Shown here: in pieces, positions 28,501 to 36,399 of the stretch | Layout of the letters: the number at the start of each line of letters is the position of its first letter | How positions within the stretch are numbered: the first letter of the stretch is position 1 | IMG/VR virus record: IMGVR_UViG_3300012347_000469 | Span: 1-64,000 of that record | Source of the DNA: a virus | Taxonomy: Duplodnaviria; Caudoviricetes | Length of the DNA: 64,000 nucleotides | Strand: one strand, 5' to 3' | Program-made: the position numbers and the translations under genes | Notes under the pieces: model-generated | What the model saw: only the letters and a program-made list of their open reading frames with translations | Database searches by the model: none | Told to the model about the DNA's origin: nothing

Positions 28501-30869
28501 GTTATATCACCAATATTGTTAATATTTAAATAACTAATACTAAATCCTAATTCAGTATCAATAATTGAATTTCCAAGTTTATAGCTTAAAATTTTAGAAC
28601 CTGAAAATGTGCTTGCCGGGTATCTCGATACATCACTGTAGCTAACTCCGTCATCGTCGACTACTTCGAATAACGGAGACTGGTTTGCTGACATTTTACG
28701 CTGGCTTAGATGCCATGCATCATTTACAAAATGATACATGCTTCCAATTTGTGTTCCTCTCTTTACTAATACACATTCACCGATATATGATTCAGAATCG
28801 TTAATATGTTTAAGAGTTATTTGTCTTAAGTCAGGACTAACTTTCCATATTGAAGATGTTGGATACATAGCGGTGCTAGCCAACATCAAATTACCTTCGG
28901 GTACTGCATTTGCTAAGTTAAGTACATCACCTTGTGGTATCAACGATATCGTAAATTCTGTCGAATTCGAATTTAAATTATTAACTGATACAATATAATA
29001 AGTTGTATCTAAACTCACATTACCCACCGAAGTACCAGAGAAAGAAATAGCCATTCCTGGTTTAATGTTAGTATTTTTTAAAACTTTTAATTGATTTGTT
29101 ATTCCAGAAGTAGACAAAATCGATAACTTAATCGAAGGGGAATTGCTTAGTGCAGTTAAGGATTGTCCATTAAATCGCACAGTTTCTCCAGTTCGATAAG
29201 AAATATTAATATCCCAATCACCTCTATATGACGATCCAGAGCTATGATTAATAAAATTTACTTCATAAATTTTATTATTAGCAAGCCTGTCAGTATCTGC
29301 AGTTACTAATAGTCTAGCACCATCAAATAAATATTCTCCGTCGACTATGTACCCTTGACTACCTTCGATTGTTGAAAATACATCTGTTGTAAAAGTATCT
29401 ACAAAATCAACTGGAGTTTTTGCAATAGTTCCATGATTAAATAATCGAATATTACTTAAAAATTCAATAATTGGGCGTTTTGCTCTAGCTGCGTCGCTTG
29501 CATCAAAATCTGTACCATTAAATTCATGAGAATATGTTAAGACTGATCGGTGGAACCATCTGTTATATCGACTCCACGGATTTGAATCTTGACTTGTACG
29601 ATTAATTGTTATATAGTCCTTAGAAGACGGATATAATGCTGCATCGTCAAACGGTTCAGCATCAAACCCTCTATTATCAAATAAAATTTCAGGAACATCA
29701 GCGGTAAAATTACTTGGGATTAAATCCTGAAATTTTACTAACTTAATTTTGTCACCAACACCTTCTACTAGCCAGCTATCTCGAGAATAGTTAGACGGTG
29801 TTACTTTTCCCGAAAATGAAACTATCATCCCGTTACTTAACACAACACCATTAGTGCTAGAGTAAGTTTGTTTTCCTAAAATTTCCTGTTCAACATTTAT
29901 AGTTGTGTTGGTTTCAACATTAGCAATGATAAATCTGCCAAACATGTTCGGATCAAGTACACTTTGATAAAACAATACATCAGGTGCATCTAGCGGAACT
30001 GAAAAAGTAATTGTTCCGTTTTCAGTTCCGCTATTTGTAACTCCTGTAGTGTAGTCAAAAATCGACGTTGATGTAGCAGTTTCGACAAAATCCCAGTCAG
30101 CCGACTCGATGCTAATTGAACTACCTTCAGTAAACGATATGTTTGTGTTAGCTTTCCATAACTTACCATCGTATATCGCGTATTGATTTTTTGAATACGA
30201 TAAATTAGGATTGTACAATAAAGATCCAATATCATACGATGTACGTATTACAAATCCGTTGTTAGGTGCATTAACTCGAAAATTATATGTCTGACCCCTG
30301 TAGAGAGTAATTGTTGGATTATTTGTTTTTCCATCTGGGGAGAAAATAAAAGTCGAACCAACACCTAACCCAACCTTATAAGTACTTACTATATTTTGAG
30401 ATTGACCTGTTATGTTAACAACTGGAGGTCCTTCTGGAACCCAAAAATATTCTCGATAGTTAACAAACTTGTCCCAGTCAATCGGAGGTGTCCACGAGTA
30501 ATGATCCTGCTCAGTAATTGAATCGTCTCTATCAATTTTATTTTCAAAAAATTGTAATTGATTTTTAAAATCAATATAATCATAAAAATTTAAAATTTTC
30601 TCGTCTTTTTTGACTACTACAGCAGGCTCTAATTGATATCTACTACGTAATGTCTGGTCGGTATCAAGGTATACATCTGTACTATTAAATGTTTTACCAT
30701 ATCTACGACCAATATATCCTACAGTTTTGTCTAGCTTTCCTGGCTGCACTAATGGATCAAGCACAGCTGCCATAAACTTATTATTTGCTGGAGTTTGAAA
30801 TACTGCAGGTAGTAAGTCTACAGTTCTACGAATTGGTACGCCACTTTGAGTATAAATTTTATCTGTCAT
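16506..30869 (-). CDS. giant baseplate wedge protein (4787 aa), gp7-like by position
   Basis: Uninterrupted 14.4-kb ORF immediately after gp6, as gene 7 follows gene 6 in T4; contains FG-GAP-like blades, CBM5/12-like motifs and GxGY...GxGA beta-repeats. Confidence 0.75.
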   Translation of the reverse strand: MTDKIYTQSGVPIRRTVDLLPAVFQTPANNKFMAAVLDPLVQPGKLDKTVGYIGRRYGKTFNSTDVYLDTDQTLRSRYQLEPAVVVKKDEKILNFYDYIDFKNQLQFFENKIDRDDSITEQDHYSWTPPIDWDKFVNYREYFWVPEGPPVVNITGQSQNIVSTYKVGLGVGSTFIFSPDGKTNNPTITLYRGQTYNFRVNAPNNGFVIRTSYDIGSLLYNPNLSYSKNQYAIYDGKLWKANTNISFTEGSSISIESADWDFVETATSTSIFDYTTGVTNSGTENGTITFSVPLDAPDVLFYQSVLDPNMFGRFIIANVETNTTINVEQEILGKQTYSSTNGVVLSNGMIVSFSGKVTPSNYSRDSWLVEGVGDKIKLVKFQDLIPSNFTADVPEILFDNRGFDAEPFDDAALYPSSKDYITINRTSQDSNPWSRYNRWFHRSVLTYSHEFNGTDFDASDAARAKRPIIEFLSNIRLFNHGTIAKTPVDFVDTFTTDVFSTIEGSQGYIVDGEYLFDGARLLVTADTDRLANNKIYEVNFINHSSGSSYRGDWDINISYRTGETVRFNGQSLTALSNSPSIKLSILSTSGITNQLKVLKNTNIKPGMAISFSGTSVGNVSLDTTYYIVSVNNLNSNSTEFTISLIPQGDVLNLANAVPEGNLMLASTAMYPTSSIWKVSPDLRQITLKHINDSESYIGECVLVKRGTQIGSMYHFVNDAWHLSQRKMSANQSPLFEVVDDDGVSYSDVSRYPASTFSGSKILSYKLGNSIIDTELGFSISYLNINNIGDITFNFDWDIESFQYELNRTQIVKPISAGYYESIETGEYGNCWIKSDKRFYQPIIDTVTITTESNIAIIDAIDWAATPLDNIYKTIIYVNGEKYTAPVERVDNKFIFNVLLPVGTVVSIKVFCNAEPKYGYYEIPIGLEKNPLNQDITTFTLGEAVDHISTAVDIFSEFNGIYPGNSNLRDITGYQHLAKRFVKHSSITPVAIELLCDKQLNVIKSVEYANNAYRNYKNNFVRLAETLEYDNDPVQFVDDIIVEMTKVKTQTTPFADSDMLGVGAHTAKVYVVEDPEIKVFALSNKFDLDTSSRRAVYIYLNNLQLVVSRDYIFNSNFGFVELLVDVSENDVVVIKEYVSTAFSYMPPTPTKLGLYKRYLPEKFLDNTYIEPINVIRGHDGSITVAYNDYRDDVILELEKRIYNNIKKTYSTEIYDIDYIFGGKYGNAVYSKSQLDSVISKQFRQWAQFSRTEFVENQFFIPSNPFTYTYSDLTDLTGEGNLPGWWRGLYNWFYDTDTPHLTPWAMLGFSEKPTWWDSEYGEFPYTSNNLILWEDIRDGIIRNGPTAGTHDRYKRPTILSHLPVDADGNLLSPIDSNLIGTLPLVDKNNDFKFGDGSPVETAWKRSSDWPFSLIIASCIMRPFEFIGENLDKNRVKLNKIGQTVCVESNQFLKLENIVIPEVGGIVSSGLINYITDYGKYVNLPLTTISEKIYGIDVHLSTRLSGFVDKTQQKYILDSKNPNAKTSSIFVPIENYNIIFNVGIPMQTVTYSGVIIEKAERGYKIYGYDNLNPVFKYYSPQLVESQLLSVGGVSDNYVEWESNVTYSNGTLIKYYDSFYRAIKSHNSGTVFEASLWKKIPALPLTGGVTVFVRTQFYKSKAEELEYGTIFTSIQDVVDFLCGYSEYLKSEGFVFDEYDTVLRETRNWVTSIKEFLFWTRHNWAQGALLSLSPAANKLTFTTSVGVAENFLDGFYDYQILKNDGNVLLPSAINVTREFQQLTVETVNLSDSIYLLKAYLVLKEHVAIFSDRTVFNDVIYDKTTGYRQNRLKSRGFRTTDWDGDYTSPGFIYDNVNITPWSPFVDYKLGDIVSYRSYNWTNLKFQLGTDTFDESKWSKLDVTPESQLLSNFDYKINQFSDYYNSDADGIGSSQRDLARHAIGYQTRDYLQEIAEDQVSQFKLYQGFIREKGTANALVKLFDKANTDIDAGIVLNEEWAFQVGRLGGTDQVSYVEFEINKGDFELNPQPIIISSTTGNYTDLYIRTDQSKFSYAPIPFTTAVNPTSQYTGITRSAGYVALNQIDYTVRTKSDLKTIDINTVPENTHFWITFDNYTWSVLRFNFTSSIYITSIVKVDTLVTVTVNRPHLLNVDDYIGIRDIDELTGFFNIVAVTDTSFTVVVESTSLLIPFDSSTISYNLYLLTNARYKSFADVNRESLTLLKTNSRIWIDDIYGDESASTAWQVLQKQTQFVGSTVSNYLITNPLRVGSAVAHAISLNRSLVGIPGSGQVISLADYNNTLAVSQIIIPASGYATALNFSFGAVLALSPDDKWLAVGAPNASGIKSNFAGEFNPAAAYSIGDIVLYKGQLWESVGTRIGDGSTIDIYTEDWKPATLVKGDLSGYAGPTHQGAVFLYKWQSNQWTVSDVIVSPRVFANEYFGSSISISVSNGKYYMAVSATGAVNSTGRVYLYVYENSKWSIVEDRNYRGLYISIDSTEYVINDIVFPASSVVWYNNKLWTATVDIIKTQNTAFNDEMWELVENSGSFLPSRTAYDEEVLTLPTGLLGDSTSNTLQFSEMVKQGDNFGHAISMSRDGSILVVSAPNADNQYFENYKGVWSPYQVYYTNDVVRYEDPLTSISSYRKLYDPRSDNDPSTDSSVVYASINQSPERDPWAIVGDSSRLPTGKVFVYQRSLAGAYILHQTITAATLDDINDTGTSEIIASGDQFGLSMDIDWAGSTLVISSPNADINFNSQGSVYIFRKDLSSTSTTFKLVQKLLSYEEFPNEFFGTSVSISQRSERIVIGAKNVKNASTSIFDAGSITFDKNRTSFYDAIGSAGQVYVYENKDQVYLLAEKLEADLQNFESFGTAIDATNSVIVVGSPDYKLESASENLIAGQSYTITNVGTTDWYSLGVSRNITPTVGTRFTALSAGSGTGTALSTTKIGKVRVFSKDETTNSLQVIAQESKLVNLDLIKNISVYDLETNINLGSLDIVDHYKLNILGVAEQELSFKTVYDPAIYSVGTADHEVDDSQAWFSDNVGKLWWDLSTVKFTYAEQGDIAYRIGQWNSQVTGSSIDIYEWVESIYTPSEWAALSITTEGVSLGISGTPKFVDNSVYSVKPLYNSVSGELSNTLYFYWVKNKTATPEGMPTRRISASQVSNLIASPETSGLPFIALIDTDKFLLWNMRSLLTSDNSAINIEYAESAYKINPVHTEYQLLTEGVADSLPTASLEAKWIDSLVGYDQSGNKVPDTKLSPKQRYGLSFRPRQSMFADRFSVLDAVLENVNVLLQSKPFADTISYSNLGLVDSVPIQELAEYDLVVPQYIDLETVGVVKVKQAVLVANITDGEIESITILEPGAGYRVVPPIIIQGSGIGAKAVATIDSQGKISSVTILSRGRKYLSAVVSVRQFSVLVEQDETIDNYWVIYSWDDRRSIFFKRKIQSFNTPNYWKFVDWYAAGVTPTSRIVTEISSLTEEPSIRPNTGDIIRITEFANGGWALLQKTEFGAGTILQNYNLVARENGTIEIIKSKFSQLSGIGIDTVSTYDGNFYDLQPTAELRNILSAIKEDIFIDDLRVEWNKLFFTSIRYSFVQLPAVDWAFKTSFLNAIHKVGMLDQRLNYKNDNLESYQQYIEEVKPYRTTIREYTSKYDAVEYANNAILDFDNPPAYSTEYGKIVPITAENIISESYPWQSFYQNLGQSVIAITLINAGTGYTSPPSVLIDGSGTGAVAKAYLSNGSVSGIEILSTGAGYTSAPTVRLVGGNGSSTNIATASAVLGNGLVRSLKIGIKFDRISKSGILQTYEQVEEFISPGFTSIFNLKYAPSRDKSKIVVLINSQLILTNEYSITFYKSNIDSFNLLKGKLILAVPPAAGDIITITYDRNDEYLDAANRIQKYYSPLAGMIGKEIPQLMTGVDFGGVQIQGTTFDVTGGWDALPWFTDNWDSVETLSDFYYVADGITPYVELPTAPLAGQLISIYIKRATITTMQNIDNIGTESAPLYVSNPAVYDQRPVRVDGDDYPSGSALIPTFIGDGVTTTVDLIDPATNLLYFAINEGDTLIFRPIDSDGSVIINDPNIIDTRLSGGSLAVMEGAYITATGRTVDEIIVDGDKFINVDNVPATEENVPGQVLDSVSIKLYHTPLQGAAPLQNRLYYSNGVTAVYDIGLVILESTSLLVYVDKNRVTNYQIDYSSNTVIFNEIPSAGSSIELISIGIGGANLLDYREFVSDGTTDFYLTHAKYMQTSSVLVIVNGNEVSSVYYNSSEYSSVQDRTIVQLGYTPEFGATIKIVCVGSAAGTQTTTPTLIRVNNQTIVYDGSTSILELDNFVNLEKSSASSSLIVELNGKQLVGPDTVIQIYTGLNNVVEIGKDPQLQPGTITLNDISLYINNELQPAIIVYTFNSTTKKVTINSDYLSLNDEIKIIISILSDYDVANNSLILSSRLTDTMTAGDVFDIIWFSDYPSFDIVSDQYVGGKVKYKLSKRPVDSNYLWVYNNGIRLSNNKDYDVNISRAELYLNIETSTTDIIKIIEFGNDILVTTSAYEIFKDMLNVYHFKRFVEHNVVLSKDLNYYDQFIEVNDASLLFSPIPSRNIPGVVIINKERIEYLQKTGNRLLQLRRGSLGTSIGEVYTAGMAVTDSSIPETIPYRDQQERYDFVSDGSSLLIGPLEFTPLMSNRTAWHRDTIPANYGACDQLEIFAGGTRLRKDPLDVYSEDLGPLGDLSSKILEAEFSVDGDTPYIRLTTPVAAGTRITMIRRVGKIWYDKAESTASAGVTFHKNNNPIVNFILQKTTDIPE

Positions 30870-30870
30870 A

Positions 30871-33800
30871 TTATCTTGTTGAGTTAACTATATTTTCTAC
30901 CGGAACACGAATTTCAGAAGCAGTTATAGCTGCTACTATTTCAATGTTATCGACTGTTGCCCCGCTAACAAAGAGTTCGTCAGGGTTACTTTGAATTTCA
31001 AATAAGCTGCCAAAAGATTGACTAGCTTGAGTTGGTACAATAACTAAATTACTAATATCAGGAGATACGCTGTTTGTAATGTAAGTTATTAGTTCACCAA
31101 CATAAAATCTATCTCCAAAATCCCAATTTGCAACATCGAAAAAAGAATTAATTGCACTTACAATTCTAACTTTAAGATCGTTATCATTAATTGATTTGGT
31201 AGAATTTTTTACTACTTTAAATTGTGCCTGTAAAGACGGGACTGCTGTTGATCCAAATAATACTTTATAATTTACCGGATAGTAAATAATTTCGTCGCTT
31301 ATTGTTTTAATAAGATTTAATGCTGATCCGTATGTAATTCTTAGACTTTCACTAGACGGAGCAGTCGGCAGTATGTCTACTGCTCCTTTGAGGTAGTTTC
31401 TAAATTCAGTGTCGTATGTTTTTGTTAGTAAGTATACATCGATGATATTACTAACACTAGGATCGATTCGCCTGTCAACATTTGCATTATGTATATACTG
31501 AAATTTTAATCCAGCTCTGCCAACAAATGCAAGATATGTAGGATCATACTCAAATGCCTTTGACAATCCAGCCTGAACAACTTTCATTACTTTATCTTCA
31601 GATTCTGCATAAAAATAAACAAGATCTCCAACTGAATAGTCTGCTGCATTTGTAGTGAGTTGTGTTAATGCGTACTGTATCGTCGAATTATTTAAATTAT
31701 TTATAAATTCAAATTTAATATTACCAGTTGTGTCGTCGATTTTTCTAAAAAATAAAAATTTTAAATCAGTATCTAATCCTACAATTTGTTCAAATGCTTC
31801 GGGATTATCAATGACTCCGTCATCGTCACTGTCAGAAAACGCAATTTTTATCTCGTTTGTACTTTGGTATCCATCTTCATATCTAATAGCATCACTAATT
31901 TCAAATATAAGATCTTGCATTAACGGAGTAATTAGAGAGTTGTCAGTATTGATTCCTAATACTTTTACTTGATCTTTAATAGTTTTACCAGTTCTGCTGT
32001 CGTATGTTTTTTGATTGGCATCAAAATAAAATCTGTTTTGTTTTAAGCTTCCAAACACATAATCTATACTCCGTATGCTAACAGTGTATCGGTCGATATC
32101 GTTAACAAATGAAACTATCCACGATGCATCAGCATTAGTATTAGATATGTCTCCAGCAGATCCATTATTAAAAAATGAGGATAAATTTAAATTAGCAGCA
32201 GTAATAATTTTCCAAGATAACGATACGTAATCGTATCTTAATCCAAAGTTTAACCCTGCTGTAATAATATTAATCATTTGCAATTCTAGTGCATCGGGCA
32301 AACTAGTCAAAAATCTAGGAACAATTCTACTAGCAATTGCACCAGTAGGAACTGCATCATTAAACATAACAGGGCCTAACCCCGTAGATAGTATACCTCG
32401 TCCTGCATTAGTACCGTCGCCTGTAATCTTAACAGCCTTTACCCAAATTTTATCAGTCTGTGTTGAATCTGTTGTATCGATATCTACAATAGACCCTAAT
32501 TTAAATGCTTTTCCAACTGGGGGTATAAATTTAATTAATGCGTTCGATGTAAGATGTTTTAACGTATTGCTAGTATACGCTCCCACTTTTAACAACGTAT
32601 CAAACTTGTCGACAAAATATCCAGTCGACAAGTTTACATCTGAAGTTACTTGTGTCCATGATATATTTAACTCTGAAAATGCGATTTTTTCGTACTTAGT
32701 TAAGTAAAAATTATAAATGTTATCCGCTGATAATGCCGACTCGAGTTGTCGTCTAATGAAATTTGTAATATCTGCTCTATTAGAAAACTTAAAAGCTAAT
32801 TCAATTTCAGAGTCGTTTTTAAAAATGTATCCGTCATCTGAGAATATATTAACGCTACTATACTTACCGCTAGCATCAACAATATCAAAATTCCTTGAAA
32901 TCCCGCTTGATGTTCTATTAATAGACTTCACTTTAAGAATATCTTGGCTACTTGATAACGGTGCTAACTGATAATCTTCCCCTGTTACCATCCTATTTTG
33001 CGTATAATATATAGCCGGTGCTCGATTTCTAATGCTGTCTATGTCTTCAGCTGCGGTAGCATTTGATATTGCAGATTTTAAACTCAAATTAATAGTGAGC
33101 TCGTGAATAACTCCGGATTTATTTTTATAAGGGATGCCGATAGTAATTCCTCGCATTTCAGAAGGAGTTATAACATAACTTTGCCCAACACTAATTCGAT
33201 AATATGCTCTAAATGCACCTTGAGGTAAATTGCCGTATACTCCGTCTGCAAAAACTAAATCTATTTTGTCATCGGCTTTGGTTACAACATTGTATATGTT
33301 TCGAATATTTGAAGCTATACTATTATATGCAATATTATTTCCAGTAATGGCAGAAACTTTTGTCCACTCGTTAGTTTGAGACTTGTTTCCATCTAATGAG
33401 TATAACCATACATCATCATTGTTAATATTTGGCATATTAACTGTTATAACTTCGTTAGTTGAGGGGATTGCAATTTCAAATTCAGTTGCTTCTAAACTAC
33501 CTTGCTTAAGCATTAAGAAGAATCCAGTGTTAGCACTTCCGGTGCCCTGGCCATCTTGTCGATAAACAAATCCCATTTCTCTTCCGGGCAACGGCGACTC
33601 TTCGTGAAAATCTTCATTACTACCAAATGCTGTGCTAACAATTTCGAATGCCATGCGTCGACTAGCGACTGCTTTATTAAAATTAAATAAAGGTACATCG
33701 GCGAATACTGATCTAAATCTATACTGCTCGGCAGGAATGCCGTGGATTGTCTGAGACCCTTGTCCTCTTCCAAATTCTGTATTGTCGCTCATTGTTGAAT

Positions 33801-34281
33801 TTAATACAGTAATAAATTGCTCAAACCAATTTGGATTAGTTGGATCGTTCCAAATTATATTTTGCCCTGATAAATTTTTTCCAGAACTATCTATGATATT
33901 TTCAGTTGTACTTATTGTATCAAATTTTAAAAGACCCTGAGCGGCTGTATTTCTTTTTGCATTATATGAAAGTAGTCTTGATAATCTAAGAACTGATTCC
34001 TTTGTTTCGGCTAATTCTATAAAATTTTCCCTACTAGCTAAATCAATTCGAAATGCAAGACTTTGGCCTAGAAATGCAACAGCATCAATAATAGCCATAT
34101 ATTCCGAGCTTTCGATATAGTCGTTGAAGTCTTCTGGGTAATTTTCTCGAAGATATGTAACTATAACACGACGCAAATTTTCAAAGTCATAGCTTTTGAA
34201 ATCGGCATTTTTAAAAGTCTGGTAAATTCTTTTCCAGTCTTGATTTAATAATAAATTATTTTGTCTACTAGTAGTTGTCAT
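30871..34281 (-). CDS. gp6: baseplate wedge protein gp6 (1136 aa)
   Basis: N-terminus DFKSYDFENLRRVIVTYLRENYPEDFNDYIESSE...ENFIELAETKESVLRLSRLLSYNAKR and AIYYTQNRMVTGEDY are gp6/baseplate-J signatures. Confidence 0.85.
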   Translation of the reverse strand: MTTTSRQNNLLLNQDWKRIYQTFKNADFKSYDFENLRRVIVTYLRENYPEDFNDYIESSEYMAIIDAVAFLGQSLAFRIDLASRENFIELAETKESVLRLSRLLSYNAKRNTAAQGLLKFDTISTTENIIDSSGKNLSGQNIIWNDPTNPNWFEQFITVLNSTMSDNTEFGRGQGSQTIHGIPAEQYRFRSVFADVPLFNFNKAVASRRMAFEIVSTAFGSNEDFHEESPLPGREMGFVYRQDGQGTGSANTGFFLMLKQGSLEATEFEIAIPSTNEVITVNMPNINNDDVWLYSLDGNKSQTNEWTKVSAITGNNIAYNSIASNIRNIYNVVTKADDKIDLVFADGVYGNLPQGAFRAYYRISVGQSYVITPSEMRGITIGIPYKNKSGVIHELTINLSLKSAISNATAAEDIDSIRNRAPAIYYTQNRMVTGEDYQLAPLSSSQDILKVKSINRTSSGISRNFDIVDASGKYSSVNIFSDDGYIFKNDSEIELAFKFSNRADITNFIRRQLESALSADNIYNFYLTKYEKIAFSELNISWTQVTSDVNLSTGYFVDKFDTLLKVGAYTSNTLKHLTSNALIKFIPPVGKAFKLGSIVDIDTTDSTQTDKIWVKAVKITGDGTNAGRGILSTGLGPVMFNDAVPTGAIASRIVPRFLTSLPDALELQMINIITAGLNFGLRYDYVSLSWKIITAANLNLSSFFNNGSAGDISNTNADASWIVSFVNDIDRYTVSIRSIDYVFGSLKQNRFYFDANQKTYDSRTGKTIKDQVKVLGINTDNSLITPLMQDLIFEISDAIRYEDGYQSTNEIKIAFSDSDDDGVIDNPEAFEQIVGLDTDLKFLFFRKIDDTTGNIKFEFINNLNNSTIQYALTQLTTNAADYSVGDLVYFYAESEDKVMKVVQAGLSKAFEYDPTYLAFVGRAGLKFQYIHNANVDRRIDPSVSNIIDVYLLTKTYDTEFRNYLKGAVDILPTAPSSESLRITYGSALNLIKTISDEIIYYPVNYKVLFGSTAVPSLQAQFKVVKNSTKSINDNDLKVRIVSAINSFFDVANWDFGDRFYVGELITYITNSVSPDISNLVIVPTQASQSFGSLFEIQSNPDELFVSGATVDNIEIVAAITASEIRVPVENIVNSTR

Positions 34282-34301
34282 TTATGTTGCACCCTATCTA
34301 G

Positions 34302-34309
34302 TATTTATC
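34302..34309 (-). promoter_or_regulatory. T4-type late promoter GATAAATA
   Basis: Intergenic between gp25 and gp6, 20 nt upstream of the gp6 ATG. Confidence 0.55.
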
Positions 34310-34336
34310 TATTAAAATTATCAGACTATTTAATAA

Positions 34337-34771
34337 TTATATTATTATACTGTTCCTGCGATCAAATACTAGAGTTAATGTATCTGTTAAATTTTCTGGA
34401 ACATATATCAAATCAGCTTGAATTCGAATACCTTGCTCTGTACTATCAACATTAAGAGAACTTACTTTTAGTCGAGAGTCATAATTAATAATTTTTTCAA
34501 CATCTTTAGCGATACTATCTCTAACAACACTAGTAAATTGTTCAAAGATAATATCCCAAATAATAGTGCCAAAGTCCGGGTTTTCAAGTTTCTCGCCTTT
34601 TCGAATATAAAAATGGTTAATTAAATCTTGTTTTACTAATTCAAAATCATACATTTTAAAATTTTGAGAAGGGACTCTAGAATTAAATCCTTTGTATCTA
34701 AATTCTGTATTATCGTCACCTACGCTAACTTTGTTTTGAGGAATTACTTTTGTGTTATATACAGTTGTCAT
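34337..34771 (-). CDS. gp25: baseplate wedge subunit gp25
   Basis: DFELVKQDLINHFYIRKGEKLENPDFGTIIWDIIFE...IINYDSRLKV is the gp25 family pattern. Confidence 0.9.
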   Translation of the reverse strand: MTTVYNTKVIPQNKVSVGDDNTEFRYKGFNSRVPSQNFKMYDFELVKQDLINHFYIRKGEKLENPDFGTIIWDIIFEQFTSVVRDSIAKDVEKIINYDSRLKVSSLNVDSTEQGIRIQADLIYVPENLTDTLTLVFDRRNSIII

Positions 34772-34783
34772 TATGTTGTCTCT

Positions 34784-36388
34784 TTAAAACGGACTATCGG
34801 CTGGTTTTTTATACTTTTTCCATTCCGTAGGTGGTTTTTCTAAGTCTGTTGTTTCAGACTCTGAAATTTCTTGAAATCTATTTTTTATATCTCTATCAGT
34901 TTTATCGGCTCCGTATGCTACTGGATCTAAATTTTCATGCTGAGGATATGGCTCAGGAGTCGGCACTCTGCGTAATATTGTTGACAATTTTACTGCTTCT
35001 TGAGCTGCTCCTGGTGCCGATAAATCAGGTAAAGAATGTGTTTTTAAAAATACTGGTAACTCTGCAATAGCCGCAGTCTTTGCATTCGGTCCATTCATGT
35101 GTATTAACGGTGCTGTCTCAATTATGTTGCCGCCGGCTTTAGTTTCATTTGTACCGCCGGATGTTTCTGCAATGCTACCTACCACATTAAGATTATAATC
35201 TGCTCCTACTTTACTAGTAAATGCCTTTTCTATCGTAGAATCAACTTTTCCTTTGATTTTAATTTTTTGATTACCGTCTATCATAATAACACTGTCGGTT
35301 TTAACTTCAGTATACATTTCGGCTCCAGCACGAAAATTTATGTTCCTGCCAGCGTCGATATTAAAATCTCTATCGCATCGAAAATTAAAATCTTGCTTTG
35401 TTCGTATACTAATACTATCATTTGAAAAAATGTCAATTTTGCCGTTAGATGTTAATTCTATCCATGCAGATCCACTGGAATTGCCTATATAAATCAAATC
35501 CTCGGCATTGCTTAATAATATTTGATGGCCTGTGCGTGTTCGAATTCTAAAATGTTCGTTGTACGGTATCGATGTATTACCGCCACCTTTAATATATTTA
35601 GGCGGGGCTACAGATGCATGTTTTTCTCTAAAATATCGATCGTCTCCATCGTCCATTACAAACTGTGTACCTCCCAATCGACTAACTGGCATTAGTGCAG
35701 AACTTTGCTTGTTTCCTATAAATGATTTTTTTCCATTTCTATCAAGAGGTCCAGGGCTACTCATTCCAAATACCATATTAGGAACATCTCTACGTGCAGT
35801 CGATGTTGATGTTCCTCTAAACTCGTCTCGAATTAATCCCTGTGTCTGAAATACTTTAGCAATTGGATGCACAGCTCGTGCAATTTTATCAATTTCAAGA
35901 CTTTTTTCCATTGCATTAGCTTTTCTATTATGCTCCGACACTGGTAACGGGTGTTCACCTTGATCGTAACTACCACCAGTATAATTCTTAGAACCGCCAA
36001 TTGCAGGAATCATGTGATTTACAAACTTATCTTGAACGCACGCTATCCAATATCCAGTTGCTGCATTTCCGTTAATAAAAATAACAAGACCGGTTACTCC
36101 TACATCAGGGGGCATTGCCCAAAATCCATAACTCTTTTGAGTATCATCGTGGGATATATTTTTACCCATAAATTCATAAGCAGTAGTACCGTAAAAAGGC
36201 GAAGCATACTTTACAATGTATGTTTGTGTCTCGTCAGCTATTTGATTTCCAGACTCTCTTAACAGTGTTACTTCAAATCCGCCTTGAAATGTCGGATCCA
36301 AAAAGCTCACAACTTTAGCTAAGTACGGGGCAGTTTTTAAACTACCCTGGCCAGTTTCTTGACTATCTGCTCTATTATCTAATACCAT
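34784..36388 (-). CDS. gp5: baseplate central spike gp5/VgrG-like, without a lysozyme domain (534 aa)
   Basis: OB-fold-like N-terminus (YLAKVVSFLDPTFQG...SYGFWAMPPDVGV), then RIRTRTGHQILLS and beta-helix repeats; no T4 lysozyme motif seen. Confidence 0.75.
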   Translation of the reverse strand: MVLDNRADSQETGQGSLKTAPYLAKVVSFLDPTFQGGFEVTLLRESGNQIADETQTYIVKYASPFYGTTAYEFMGKNISHDDTQKSYGFWAMPPDVGVTGLVIFINGNAATGYWIACVQDKFVNHMIPAIGGSKNYTGGSYDQGEHPLPVSEHNRKANAMEKSLEIDKIARAVHPIAKVFQTQGLIRDEFRGTSTSTARRDVPNMVFGMSSPGPLDRNGKKSFIGNKQSSALMPVSRLGGTQFVMDDGDDRYFREKHASVAPPKYIKGGGNTSIPYNEHFRIRTRTGHQILLSNAEDLIYIGNSSGSAWIELTSNGKIDIFSNDSISIRTKQDFNFRCDRDFNIDAGRNINFRAGAEMYTEVKTDSVIMIDGNQKIKIKGKVDSTIEKAFTSKVGADYNLNVVGSIAETSGGTNETKAGGNIIETAPLIHMNGPNAKTAAIAELPVFLKTHSLPDLSAPGAAQEAVKLSTILRRVPTPEPYPQHENLDPVAYGADKTDRDIKNRFQEISESETTDLEKPPTEWKKYKKPADSPF

Positions 36389-36399
36389 GTAGTTCCTTT

